Of a stretch of DNA of 59,743 bases, positions 38,431 through 46,595 are shown in pieces. Source of the DNA: a virus (Duplodnaviria > Caudoviricetes); IMG/VR virus record IMGVR_UViG_3300015263_000360, positions 1 through 59,743 of that record; one strand, 5' to 3'. The translations under genes and the position numbers were made by a program. Every line of letters starts with the position of its first letter. Within the stretch, counting starts at the first letter, position 1. The notes beneath the pieces were generated by a model that saw nothing but the letters and a program-made list of their open reading frames with translations, had not been told where the DNA came from and made no database searches.

Positions 38431-38508
38431 TGGTCGGGACGAGAGGATTTGAACCTCCGACCCCTCGCTCCCAAAGCGAGTGCTCTACGCAACCTGAGCT
38501 ACGTCCCG
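38431..38508 (-). tRNA. tRNA-Pro(TGG)
   Basis: CTCGC-TTTGGGA-GCGAG, GGTTCAAATCC, CCA. Confidence 0.95.
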
Positions 38509-38901
38509 TGTATTTTCTTTCCATGTTGTGACACTCAGCAACTTCTCGCGCGGGATGAACCAGTATGCTACCAACCCAGTTACCTCGTTCCCAGGGTAGC
38601 GTCCCGCTTCGTTTCCTAACAACGCCCTCAGTTCATCCACCAGAACAGGTTGAGAGGATGTGTTTGCTGCCACGATCAGCATCTTCAAGCTAACCCAATT
38701 TCTTAGCTCGATATAATCTCGAATGGCTTGTAGCTTGTTTAGTACTTCAGGCGTGGGTCCAGTACCAAAACCACCGAAGGAATAACAACCGCAGTTGTTC
38801 TTGTCTCCTGACAGGTTCCCATATACCCATCCGTTTTGTTGATCACGGATTTCATACTGTCGGTATTGATCTAGTAGCTTGTACAAATAGAAGGTTGTCA
38901 C
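38485..38901 (-). CDS. Hypothetical protein in the tRNA array (3' end overlaps tRNA-Pro)
   Basis: GTG start after GGAG; NNCGC motif. Confidence 0.65.
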   Translation of the reverse strand: MTTFYLYKLLDQYRQYEIRDQQNGWVYGNLSGDKNNCGCYSFGGFGTGPTPEVLNKLQAIRDYIELRNWVSLKMLIVAANTSSQPVLVDELRALLGNEAGRYPGNEVTGLVAYWFIPREKLLSVTTWKENTRDVAQVA

Positions 38902-38926
38902 TTGGTATCTCCTGGAAGATTTAGAT

Positions 38927-39003
38927 TGGCACGAGAGGTAGGACTTGAACCTACAACCTCTGGGTTCAAAGCCCAGCGCTCTAACCAATTGAGCTACTCT
39001 CGA
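38927..39003 (-). tRNA. tRNA-Gln(TTG)
   Basis: CTGGG-CTTTGAA-CCCAG, GGTTCAAGTCC, GCCA end. Confidence 0.93.
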
Positions 39004-39006
39004 TCA

Positions 39007-39082
39007 TGGTGGACCGCAAGAGATTCGAACTCTCACTCCCCTGCGTGCAAGGCAGGTGCTTTCCCAGTTAAGCTAGCGGCCC
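39007..39082 (-). tRNA. tRNA-Ala(TGC)
   Basis: CCTGC-CTTGCAC-GCAGG, G3:U70, CCA. Confidence 0.95.
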
Positions 39083-39084
39083 TC

Positions 39085-39161
39085 TGGTACCGGAGAGCGG
39101 ACTCGAACCACTGACATTCTGCTTGTAAGACAGATGCTCTAACCACCTGAGCTACTCCGGT
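39085..39161 (-). tRNA. tRNA-Val(TAC)
   Basis: TCTGT-CTTACAA-GCAGA, CCA. Confidence 0.95.
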
Positions 39162-39212
39162 ATATCGTGTTGCGAGTATGCTGGTTGTGTTTACACCACT
39201 GCTAAAGGAACT

Positions 39213-39288
39213 TGGCTCTAGAGACTGGGATCGAACCAGTGTCCTTCCGGTTAACAGCCGGCTGCTCGTCCAACCGAGCTCCTCTAGA
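39213..39288 (-). tRNA. tRNA-Asn(GTT)
   Basis: CCGG-CTGTTAA-CCGG, GGTTCGATCCC, GCCA end. Confidence 0.92.
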
Positions 39289-39358
39289 ATATCAAGAGCC
39301 GCCAGAGGTCGGAGGTCCGGCCCCTAATTTATCGGCGTAGCCGGGCGGCATATTTACT

Positions 39359-39450
39359 TGGCTGAGGCAGTAGGATTTGAACCTACGGGACCGCAATGTG
39401 TCCAGTGTGTTAGCAACACACCGCATTAAGCCAGACTCTGCCATGCCTCA
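39359..39450 (-). tRNA. tRNA-Ser(GCT)
   Basis: GTGTG-TTGCTAA-CACAC, long variable arm, GCCA end. Confidence 0.93.
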
Positions 39451-39451
39451 G

Positions 39452-39529
39452 TGGGGTGACCGATGGGACTTGCACCCACAACCACCGGGTCCACAACCCA
39501 GCGCTCTATCTAATTGAGCTACGGTCAAC
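39452..39529 (-). tRNA. tRNA-His(GTG)
   Basis: CTGGG-TTGTGGA-CCCGG, G-1/C73, CCA; T-loop reads TGCAAGT. Confidence 0.9.
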
Positions 39530-39531
39530 AC

Positions 39532-39657
39532 GGGATGAAACCCCTAAGTGATACCATTGACTGGGAGGTTCGTCAACGGGTTGGAGCCTGTACATCCAGG
39601 TCTCTACCCAGCCTAGCATCCATCTTGGGTACCAATGGTTTTCCATCAAGCGGTCCC
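39532..39657. ncRNA. Rod-like structured element with resemblance to the 6S RNA closing stem
   Basis: ACCATTG/CAATGGT, CTGGGA/TCTTGG, GGGTTGG/CCAGCCT, CCTG/CAGG nested pairings. Confidence 0.4.
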
Positions 39658-39672
39658 AAGCACATGTAAGTA

Positions 39673-39749
39673 TGGTGCTCATGAGAGGATTCGAACCTCC
39701 AACATCTAGATTCTAAGTCTAGCGACTCTACCAATTGGCCTACATGAGC
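39673..39749 (-). tRNA. tRNA-Leu(TAG), short variable loop
   Basis: CTAGA-CTTAGAA-TCTAG, GGTTCGAATCC, CCA. Confidence 0.93.
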
Positions 39750-39813
39750 TATAGGGAAGGAGGTAAATTATTAAAATTTTCCTTGCTCGGGCGGAGCAAT
39801 GGTTCCTTCCCCT

Positions 39814-40266
39814 TTAAATTGCTTCTAGCCAGGTGTCTATCTCATGTTCTGGTTTGAGATAATACGAACTGTGTTCCAAGTCTTTAACCGCATGGTTAAA
39901 CACCGGGTTCTTTCGCATTATCTCCTGTATGTAGCACAGCGTGTCCCGTTTAGGAGTGAAGTGCCAATAACTAAGAGGTGTCTCTCTTTCGTATTTACTT
40001 TTACCCAGATGAAAAATCTTGAAAGGTTCAGGCACCTCAGGGAGATGGAGGTTAGAGCCCTGTATTATAGTGGCTTCTTTAGCAGCCATCCAGAAAAGCC
40101 ATGGGAGCACCATCTTTTCATTAGGGTACACGCTTGCCACGTACCCTCCACAGTTGGCCGGCAGGGGAAAGAAAGGAGGGTAGTGGTAAAATCCCCCATC
40201 TTTATAAGTCGCTCCATGAAGGTTCCAGGCGCTAACGTTGTCTAACCACTCTTGCAGCTTGTACAT
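39814..40266 (-). CDS. Hypothetical protein in the tRNA array
   Basis: 150 aa, AGGA RBS, PANCGG motif. Confidence 0.65.
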   Translation of the reverse strand: MYKLQEWLDNVSAWNLHGATYKDGGFYHYPPFFPLPANCGGYVASVYPNEKMVLPWLFWMAAKEATIIQGSNLHLPEVPEPFKIFHLGKSKYERETPLSYWHFTPKRDTLCYIQEIMRKNPVFNHAVKDLEHSSYYLKPEHEIDTWLEAI

Positions 40267-40282
40267 GTTCCGTCCTATATGT

Positions 40283-40356
40283 TGGAGCGAGTAATCGGAC
40301 TCGAACCGATCTCTCTAGCTTGGAAGGCTAGGGCACAACCTCTATACCACACTCGC
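40283..40356 (-). tRNA. tRNA-Gly(TCC)
   Basis: CTAGC-CTTCCAA-GCTAG, TCCA end. Confidence 0.95.
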
Positions 40357-40358
40357 AT

Positions 40359-40388
40359 AAAAAGGTGGCCAGATCCGGCTTGGCCACC
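40359..40388 (-). terminator. Rho-independent terminator or processing hairpin
   Basis: GGTGGCCA...TGGCCACC followed by T-run on the - strand. Confidence 0.65.
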
Positions 40389-40415
40389 AAGGACAACATG
40401 AACAGTGTTGACAGC

Positions 40416-40688
40416 TTAGCCAGCGGTCAGTTCGATTCGGCCCGACTGCATGGTGCGGGTACCGAACGACTTCTCCGGCACACCGTACTCAGCGAGGGCA
40501 CCCTCGAGGTCATTGCGCAGCCCAAAGAGTCCAGTCTTCAGACTCTTCGGGAAGCGAAACTTCCCGAGAACAGCGGCGAGTGCAGCAGCCGTGTCCTCCG
40601 ACACTGTGATGTTGATGACGACCTTTTCCTTAACGGAAACTCCCATCATGCATCTCCTGTGTGTAACCCGTTTGTAAAGAACCATCAC
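40416..40688 (-). CDS. Hypothetical protein (start probably MMGVSV)
   Basis: GGAG RBS upstream of internal Met. Confidence 0.6.
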   Translation of the reverse strand: MMVLYKRVTHRRCMMGVSVKEKVVINITVSEDTAAALAAVLGKFRFPKSLKTGLFGLRNDLEGALAEYGVPEKSFGTRTMQSGRIELTAG

Positions 40689-40737
40689 GGTGGGTTAGTC
40701 GTGAGCTGGCTCGCGCGAGATTATTCTTAGATGGCGC

Positions 40738-40812
40738 TGGAGCCCTTTCCAGGAATCGAACCCGGCTCTGAGGTTTACAAAACCCCGGCATCGCCAACAA
40801 TGCTTAAAGGGC
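40738..40812 (-). tRNA. tRNA-Thr(TGT)
   Basis: GGGGT-TTTGTAA-ACCTC, GGTTCGATTCC, TCCA end. Confidence 0.93.
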
Positions 40813-40814
40813 AA

Positions 40815-41267
40815 TTAGTAGAAGTAGGGTTCTCCATGGATATGCATGTAGTATGCATCCATGCAGTTCTTGATGCCGTCCACCGTGGCTCTTTTGAACG
40901 CAATAGGCACGCCCACGTAGGGACTAGCTGTGTCAATTGGATTCTTCCAAGCCACTCCTAAGCCCTTGTCCATGTAGACCACATCTCCAATTCGAAGTTC
41001 CAGATCTGCAATCACCACGGTGTATCTACCCACCGTATGCCACGCATACTGAATGACAACCGGCTTAGCTTTACCGAAAGCCTTACGGAACCTGTGACTA
41101 CGATTCAGCGTGCGCTTGATTCGTCTCCAGGCTCTTTGCAAAAGGGCCTCTGCCACCTCAGGAGTTAGTGGCGGCTTCGGCGGAGGCGTGTCAGTAGTGG
41201 CTGGCTCAACCAGACGCAACGCTGGCTTCTCTGGCTCTAGCTCTGAGTCCACCAATTCAGTGTTCAT
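40815..41267 (-). CDS. Hypothetical protein
   Basis: MNTELV start, ATGA overlap with exonuclease gene. Confidence 0.65.
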   Translation of the reverse strand: MNTELVDSELEPEKPALRLVEPATTDTPPPKPPLTPEVAEALLQRAWRRIKRTLNRSHRFRKAFGKAKPVVIQYAWHTVGRYTVVIADLELRIGDVVYMDKGLGVAWKNPIDTASPYVGVPIAFKRATVDGIKNCMDAYYMHIHGEPYFY

Positions 41268-42310
41268 TGTTTTTCCTTTCGCCCTAGGGTGCAGAAGTTT
41301 GCCACGTCGCAGTAGAGTTGACATCTTGTGTTTACTCCTGGTCTGTGCTCCACGTACAGTACTTCTTTGGGCTTCTGGTTCTTGTTGATCCAGGCGTGTG
41401 CTTCTCCAGGAGAATCGCAGCGAATAATCGCCGTTGCTCTACCCTTCTTCATTACAGCCCAGTGCTCTTCCTTAGTCCAACGCTCTTCCGGTGTGCAGAG
41501 AGGAATGTTTTCATCCGACATTTCCTCTGCCTCGATGTGTGCTTCAATTCTTTTGATCATGTCTTCTAGGGTTTGATCCAAAGACCACAACGGAATCTCC
41601 ATCTGATCCGTTTGCTGTTTTGGATAACCCCTTTCGAACATGGCCTTACGCTTTACCCAATCTCGAGCGATGGGGTGGAAGATTACACGATCTGTCTCGA
41701 GTCCATTGACATGCAGAAGGTAGCGGTACCTATTGCCTTGTGCCACCCACTCATCCTTCAGACTTTTCATTGCGAAAACAGAGCAGACCTTGTAGTCATT
41801 GAGCACTCTGTCTGGAGTGATTAATCCAGATCTATCGTATAAGTCCACCTGTCCCGACACTTTCTTCGTGCCGTACTTTGTGGGAATGTCTGCAAAAAAC
41901 CTCTTTTCAAAGAGAAGTCCATGGTGATCCCAGACATATTCCTTATTTGACTCGAGCACTGCAAGTGCGATGGCTTCGTGAAGGGAATCAGAGGCCACGT
42001 CTCCTGAAGCGAAGGAGTATAGCACCTCTTCGATGGCTGTCCATCGGCCGGTCACATTCTTCTCAGCCAGAATCTTAACTGCGTTCTCAAGAATCTGGTG
42101 AACAATCTTACCAAAGAGCATATAGATTCTTTCTGATGCTTCCTTGGTAACCTGATCTCCATAGCGAGTGTTCAATGCCCGGACCAATACCGGAATTGAT
42201 AGCTCAGTTACTGAGAAGTCCGCCCCCTCCTTTGAGTAATTGTCCTCCCCTAGCACAGCAAGGAGAGGGAGCGGTAGGTTGAAAGAATCTACTAGCTTTT
42301 GGTCACTCAT
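41264..42310 (-). CDS. PD-(D/E)xK exonuclease (Cas4/RecB-like)
   Basis: FSVTEL, GKIVHQILE, EKRF, SGQVDL, DYKV, Q.N.Y; C-terminal RC..YC....FC. Confidence 0.85.
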   Translation of the reverse strand: MSDQKLVDSFNLPLPLLAVLGEDNYSKEGADFSVTELSIPVLVRALNTRYGDQVTKEASERIYMLFGKIVHQILENAVKILAEKNVTGRWTAIEEVLYSFASGDVASDSLHEAIALAVLESNKEYVWDHHGLLFEKRFFADIPTKYGTKKVSGQVDLYDRSGLITPDRVLNDYKVCSVFAMKSLKDEWVAQGNRYRYLLHVNGLETDRVIFHPIARDWVKRKAMFERGYPKQQTDQMEIPLWSLDQTLEDMIKRIEAHIEAEEMSDENIPLCTPEERWTKEEHWAVMKKGRATAIIRCDSPGEAHAWINKNQKPKEVLYVEHRPGVNTRCQLYCDVANFCTLGRKEKQ

Positions 42311-42786
42311 TAGAAGGGTGCTGCTTCCGCTCTGGGTGCCACGTCCTCAATTCCAAGTAGCTCGTTCACGAAGATCTTGGTGTAGCGCTTGGTTTGCTGG
42401 GCTCCATTCATGTCAGTGTATGTGCGCTGGTTAGTAACCAAACGGACCATGGCCACTGATCCCACCACTGCTGCACATGCATCATGAATAACTTGAGGGG
42501 AGTCCGGCTCCTGCTCGGGAAGCTCTTGACCGAGAGCCGCCAGTGTTCCTCTCAGCGATGCCAGGCCGGGTAAGCTGGCCTCCCCGTCACGATTCATCAA
42601 GTTAACAGGCACTGAAATCTCTTGCCCGTTATAGGCAGGAAACGAGTAACGAAACCACACAGTGGCATGCTCTTCGTCGAAGTTCGAGGATACCACCTGC
42701 GCCTTGTGCACCCCATCTGGGATGAGAGTGATGCGCGGTCTTGGTGCGGAGTCTCCCCATGCTGCTTTTAGTAGATCGAAATTCAT
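42310..42786 (-). CDS. Single-stranded DNA-binding protein (DUF669-like)
   Basis: LIPDG.H.A.V start; acidic tail ending in PF; located between Sak4-like ATPase and exonuclease. Confidence 0.6.
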   Translation of the reverse strand: MNFDLLKAAWGDSAPRPRITLIPDGVHKAQVVSSNFDEEHATVWFRYSFPAYNGQEISVPVNLMNRDGEASLPGLASLRGTLAALGQELPEQEPDSPQVIHDACAAVVGSVAMVRLVTNQRTYTDMNGAQQTKRYTKIFVNELLGIEDVAPRAEAAPF

Positions 42787-42788
42787 AA

Positions 42789-43694
42789 TTATACCTCGAT
42801 GACCTGGGACATGAGGTCCTTCCATTCATCAGGAATGAAATCCTCAAGCCGCTCTTTCTTGTACTTCTTCTTGAGACTCACAATCTTTTCAGTGAGTTCC
42901 TTCTGCTTTTCTGGTGACTGTGCGGCCACTAACTCTCGTAGTTGCAACACGTTAACAGGATTGATCCCCTTGTCCTTGGGTGCTACCCCAATCTTAGTCT
43001 CGATCTCAGATACGATCACTCCAAGATCTGGTTCACACAGAGAGGTGAGTACTCCCGATCTGTCTCCACAAATGTAGTTAGGATCGGACTCCATGTTAGC
43101 TTGTATTGCACGAACAGGTCTACCTTCGAACTCCACCCAGCGCATGCACAGAATCAAGTCGAACCAACCGAGAATTCCCTTGTTGATTTCCTGTCCTGGC
43201 ATGCTGGGTTTGTAGACAATGCGGCCCTTGTCGTCCTTGTCTTCCATGATGTGAGTGATAAACACCTTTCTCACGCCAGGAATATCCCGCATCCTCTTGA
43301 TCCAACTCTCCATGATCTTATTCATTTCGCCATAGGCTTTAAGATCATTTCGATTGTTCTCGATACGTTCGGCAAGAACCGCTTTTGCAATGTCATCAAG
43401 CCCGTCCACTACCAGCCACTCCATATCTTTACTCCATTTAAGACAGTAAAGATACAAGTCTTGTAGGAACTGCACCGTGATGACTCCATTGGCTGGCTTC
43501 AGTGTCTTAAACTTGCGGGATTGAAGCGCCAATTCTCCAGGATCAGCCCCGATGTAGACAAGCTTAGAGTCATCTGTCAACGGTAGGGTACGAAGAAGAC
43601 TGGTCTTCCCGATTTTTGGAGTACCTGTGACAAGGATGTCCAGCTTGTCTAGTCCAGACTGATACGTGGTTCCTTCAACAATCTTACTCATCAA
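42789..43694 (-). CDS. AAA_24 / Sak4-like NTPase (recombination)
   Basis: GTPKIGKTS, LVVDGL, VFITH, WFDLI motifs. Confidence 0.85.
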   Translation of the reverse strand: MMSKIVEGTTYQSGLDKLDILVTGTPKIGKTSLLRTLPLTDDSKLVYIGADPGELALQSRKFKTLKPANGVITVQFLQDLYLYCLKWSKDMEWLVVDGLDDIAKAVLAERIENNRNDLKAYGEMNKIMESWIKRMRDIPGVRKVFITHIMEDKDDKGRIVYKPSMPGQEINKGILGWFDLILCMRWVEFEGRPVRAIQANMESDPNYICGDRSGVLTSLCEPDLGVIVSEIETKIGVAPKDKGINPVNVLQLRELVAAQSPEKQKELTEKIVSLKKKYKKERLEDFIPDEWKDLMSQVIEV

Positions 43695-43953
43695 AACTCC
43701 AGTCCGCGTCTAGATCTTCTCCAATAAGAGACAGATTATCCTCTGTCTCCTCAAGGATTTGGTTAAAGCGGCCACGGAGTTCTCTTATGTAGTCGATCTC
43801 TGCTGGTTTGGGTAGGGTGCCTCCGCGAATTTTGTCTAGGAGATCCTTCAACTCAGCGATGAGAGTCCCGGTCACTCCAAAAAGTTCCTCGAGACGCTCC
43901 ACTGTCGTTGTAATCCCGTAGATTTCTTCCTCTAATTCTTCTTGGTCCATCAT
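43684..43953 (-). CDS. Acidic helical hypothetical protein
   Basis: 89-aa ORF with GAGG RBS. Confidence 0.65.
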   Translation of the reverse strand: MMDQEELEEEIYGITTTVERLEELFGVTGTLIAELKDLLDKIRGGTLPKPAEIDYIRELRGRFNQILEETEDNLSLIGEDLDADWSFDE

Positions 43954-44025
43954 TGGCTTTCCTCAAGAGAGGACCTAGCGCCATGGACAATGCTGCAAAC
44001 AACACCACCAGTACTAGGATCTCTA

Positions 44026-44883
44026 TCATGCTGCAATCAGTCCTTCCATTAACGCCTTAGATGCGCAACTGTAGCACAAGCGAACCTGTTTGTCAATGTA
44101 ACAAGAGTCGTTCTCTAGAAATTCCTCTTGGCATTGGTCGCACGTGGCACCCGCGTCTATCCAATCCCACCCATTGGTTCTTAGCTCTGTTACCCTGATC
44201 CTGGGGAGACCATAGTTCGGAGTCGTATCCACCACGGTTGGGGTATGGGCGAATTTTCCTTTACTCCCACCCCCACCACTCTCTGTCTGGGAAGTAAGCT
44301 GGTACTGCTGGTAGTGACTTTTTTTTTCGTAGTCTTTCCAGCCCTCGTTTGAGTAGTGAACCCCAGTGGTTTCATCCTTAGACCAGGACTTGGGTTGTGT
44401 AATCGCCAATCTCCCCAGGTTGTCCAGGAAAACCAGTCTGCTACTCCCCGCCTTGTCTGCCACGAGGTTAAGAATAGCCTGATTCGTGTGGAAGTTACGT
44501 GGTAACTTCTGCAGCACATCATGCATGTATTGCTTGGTGTCCGAGTTGTTATCTTTCAGGTTTTTATTATAGTAACCCGGAATTACTCCATTGTGGAAGA
44601 GGAGGAGATTCTTGTTAACCCAGAACGGATGTACATTCTGCACGCTCACTGTACCGTGGGTGCGTATCCTGAAATGCAGAACGAATTGACTGTTCTTGTG
44701 TTCGTCCCAATGCTTGCGGTATAACTTCCACAATCGCTTCTTACTGTTGAGTTCTTTAACCACAGACAGGCGGCCGTTGTGCGCATAAGCAAACCCCCCA
44801 CCATCTGAGTTCCGTTCCCACAATCTATAGAACTGACCCTTCGATAGAGCCACTTTCCTGGGGCAGATTGCAATAATGCACAT
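44026..44883 (-). CDS. Class II (Ntn) glutamine amidotransferase
   Basis: MCII (Cys2 nucleophile), N.DG.G, HFRIRTHG, NVHPF, HNGVI, SDT; C-terminal CxxC..CxxC. Confidence 0.9.
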   Translation of the reverse strand: MCIIAICPRKVALSKGQFYRLWERNSDGGGFAYAHNGRLSVVKELNSKKRLWKLYRKHWDEHKNSQFVLHFRIRTHGTVSVQNVHPFWVNKNLLLFHNGVIPGYYNKNLKDNNSDTKQYMHDVLQKLPRNFHTNQAILNLVADKAGSSRLVFLDNLGRLAITQPKSWSKDETTGVHYSNEGWKDYEKKSHYQQYQLTSQTESGGGGSKGKFAHTPTVVDTTPNYGLPRIRVTELRTNGWDWIDAGATCDQCQEEFLENDSCYIDKQVRLCYSCASKALMEGLIAA

Positions 44884-46583
44884 TACGCTACACTCCTATA
44901 GCCCTTAGTCAAGGGTCGATGTATCACCTTGATATTACGAATCAAAGGACTCTTGTTCCTTTTCGTGTCAGTCAACAGCTTGACATCTAACCAGCTAAGC
45001 GTGGCTTTGTGATACTTCTGTAGCTGTTCCACTGGAAACACCACGCGAGTACCGTGTTGAGCAGTCCAGATTTCCACATCGGATATCTCGATGCGCTCAA
45101 GGTCGAGTCCCATATAGTAACAGGACCATCGCAGCATTGGCTGCCGATTTGGCTCTCCTGCGTCCCGTCCGGCCGTTAGCGTGGCCCTGCCTACCATCTC
45201 GTTGGTTTCTGAATCCCTTATGTAAAATGTTACAGAGGCAGGAGACGATTCTAAATCTGACTGATGATCAAACCAATGATGTGCGGGATTAAGATGGTTC
45301 AGTGTCAGCCTAGGGTTACCCGAGATAAAGATTGCTGATGATTCCACCTCATGGTACTTTGCAGCGAGCATTGCTTCACGGCACATAGAAAGAGCTTGCC
45401 TCTCATTCCAGCATGGCCCCTGTAAAATGAAGTAAGCCATGGGTATCGCTTCTCCGTCTGGTGTGGTGTGCTGAAAGTTTACCACGGCTGTGCTTGTCAA
45501 AGGCCCGATGGCTCCCACACGAGAGTTACGCTCAGCAATCTTTCCCTCAAGAGAAGAGGGCTTTAAAGCAGCATTGCCCACGGTAATCTTTGAGATCTTG
45601 GGTGACTTGATATTGGCGGCCTTGTTGATGCACTTCTGGGTCTTAGCTGCAGCATAAGGGAGTTCCTTCTTATGCTTTAAGAGCCACTCCACAAATCCCG
45701 GTATGCTCATCTGCTGAAAAGAGATGGCCGCTGTATACCTCCTCACGGCTTCCACGAGTTCCACGTTTGCCATGATCGAGTCAGGATTTAAAGTGCCCCG
45801 AAATACTCTGATCTCCACGGTATGAGCGGTGCTGTTTACCACCGAATGATGGTCGTCATGTGTTCCCGCAAGCAGTGCTGGATTAATACCATGGGTAAAC
45901 GCATATCTTGCCGGGTCCGTTTCATACGGTAGGAGATAAGTGGTGCATGCTCTCCTAACAAATGCCTTCGGATCCTTGTGAAACCATGCAAACCGTAAGA
46001 CCTTCTTCAAATCAGTGCGATTGCTGTAAGCCAAGAAGAATGCCGGATTCCGGTGCACAAATGCCTGGAACCTGAGCTGGTGTAGATCTCCCCAAAAGGC
46101 TGATTTTGAAATGTGCACGTGCATACCGCAAGTGTTCCCTTTGTATGAAGTGAACCCTGCAGTTTGCAAGTCTTTGCACAATTTCTTCCAAAGAGGATAG
46201 CTCTCGTGCCAGAAGTTCAGCGTCCAAGGATGACTGACAAGCTCCACGCCATCCTCAAGAGAAGCGTCTTGCTTCACATAGAGCTGCAGCTTTCTTATCA
46301 TGGGCTCCACGTCTTGGATAGCCGCGTAGGACCACTGTGTTCTACCATGATAGGTGTTAGGCTCTCCTCTATTCCAAAGCCACACTTCAGAAGGCGTGTC
46401 CTGATTGACCGTGGTAGTCCTTTGTCTTACTCCTCTCCACCAGCTCTCTAACTTCTCTCGTGCAGGAGGTAGGAGTTCTGTTTCGAGTTCCACGCCAAAG
46501 AAAACATGGGCGTTCTCATTTTCTTTTTTTGTCCAGGAGAAACGTGGTGTGGGTTTGTGTCCCCATGCGTTTACTTCGATCAT
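44883..46583 (-). CDS. Putative amidoligase (COOH-NH2 ligase fold) with C-terminal extension
   Basis: FGVELETE, KQDASL..GVELVSHP, CGMHVHIS, TVEIRVFRGTLN. Confidence 0.88.
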   Translation of the reverse strand: MIEVNAWGHKPTPRFSWTKKENENAHVFFGVELETELLPPAREKLESWWRGVRQRTTTVNQDTPSEVWLWNRGEPNTYHGRTQWSYAAIQDVEPMIRKLQLYVKQDASLEDGVELVSHPWTLNFWHESYPLWKKLCKDLQTAGFTSYKGNTCGMHVHISKSAFWGDLHQLRFQAFVHRNPAFFLAYSNRTDLKKVLRFAWFHKDPKAFVRRACTTYLLPYETDPARYAFTHGINPALLAGTHDDHHSVVNSTAHTVEIRVFRGTLNPDSIMANVELVEAVRRYTAAISFQQMSIPGFVEWLLKHKKELPYAAAKTQKCINKAANIKSPKISKITVGNAALKPSSLEGKIAERNSRVGAIGPLTSTAVVNFQHTTPDGEAIPMAYFILQGPCWNERQALSMCREAMLAAKYHEVESSAIFISGNPRLTLNHLNPAHHWFDHQSDLESSPASVTFYIRDSETNEMVGRATLTAGRDAGEPNRQPMLRWSCYYMGLDLERIEISDVEIWTAQHGTRVVFPVEQLQKYHKATLSWLDVKLLTDTKRNKSPLIRNIKVIHRPLTKGYRSVA

Positions 46584-46595
46584 AACATGTCCTCG

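Noticed and set aside
37658-39114. Plus-strand ORFs across the tRNA array and the N-terminal extension of 38485-38988
   Set aside because: They are translations of tRNA sequence; the real CDS starts at GTG 38901
39673-39749. Amber suppressor tRNA or stop-codon recoding
   Set aside because: Anticodon TAG reads CTA (Leu), not the TAG stop; genes are intact under the standard bacterial code
37838-40812. CRISPR array (recurring GGTTCGA-like words) with the 41264-42310 nuclease as Cas4
   Set aside because: The repeats are tRNA T-arms; the nuclease sits in a Sak4/SSB recombination module; no cas1 or cas2
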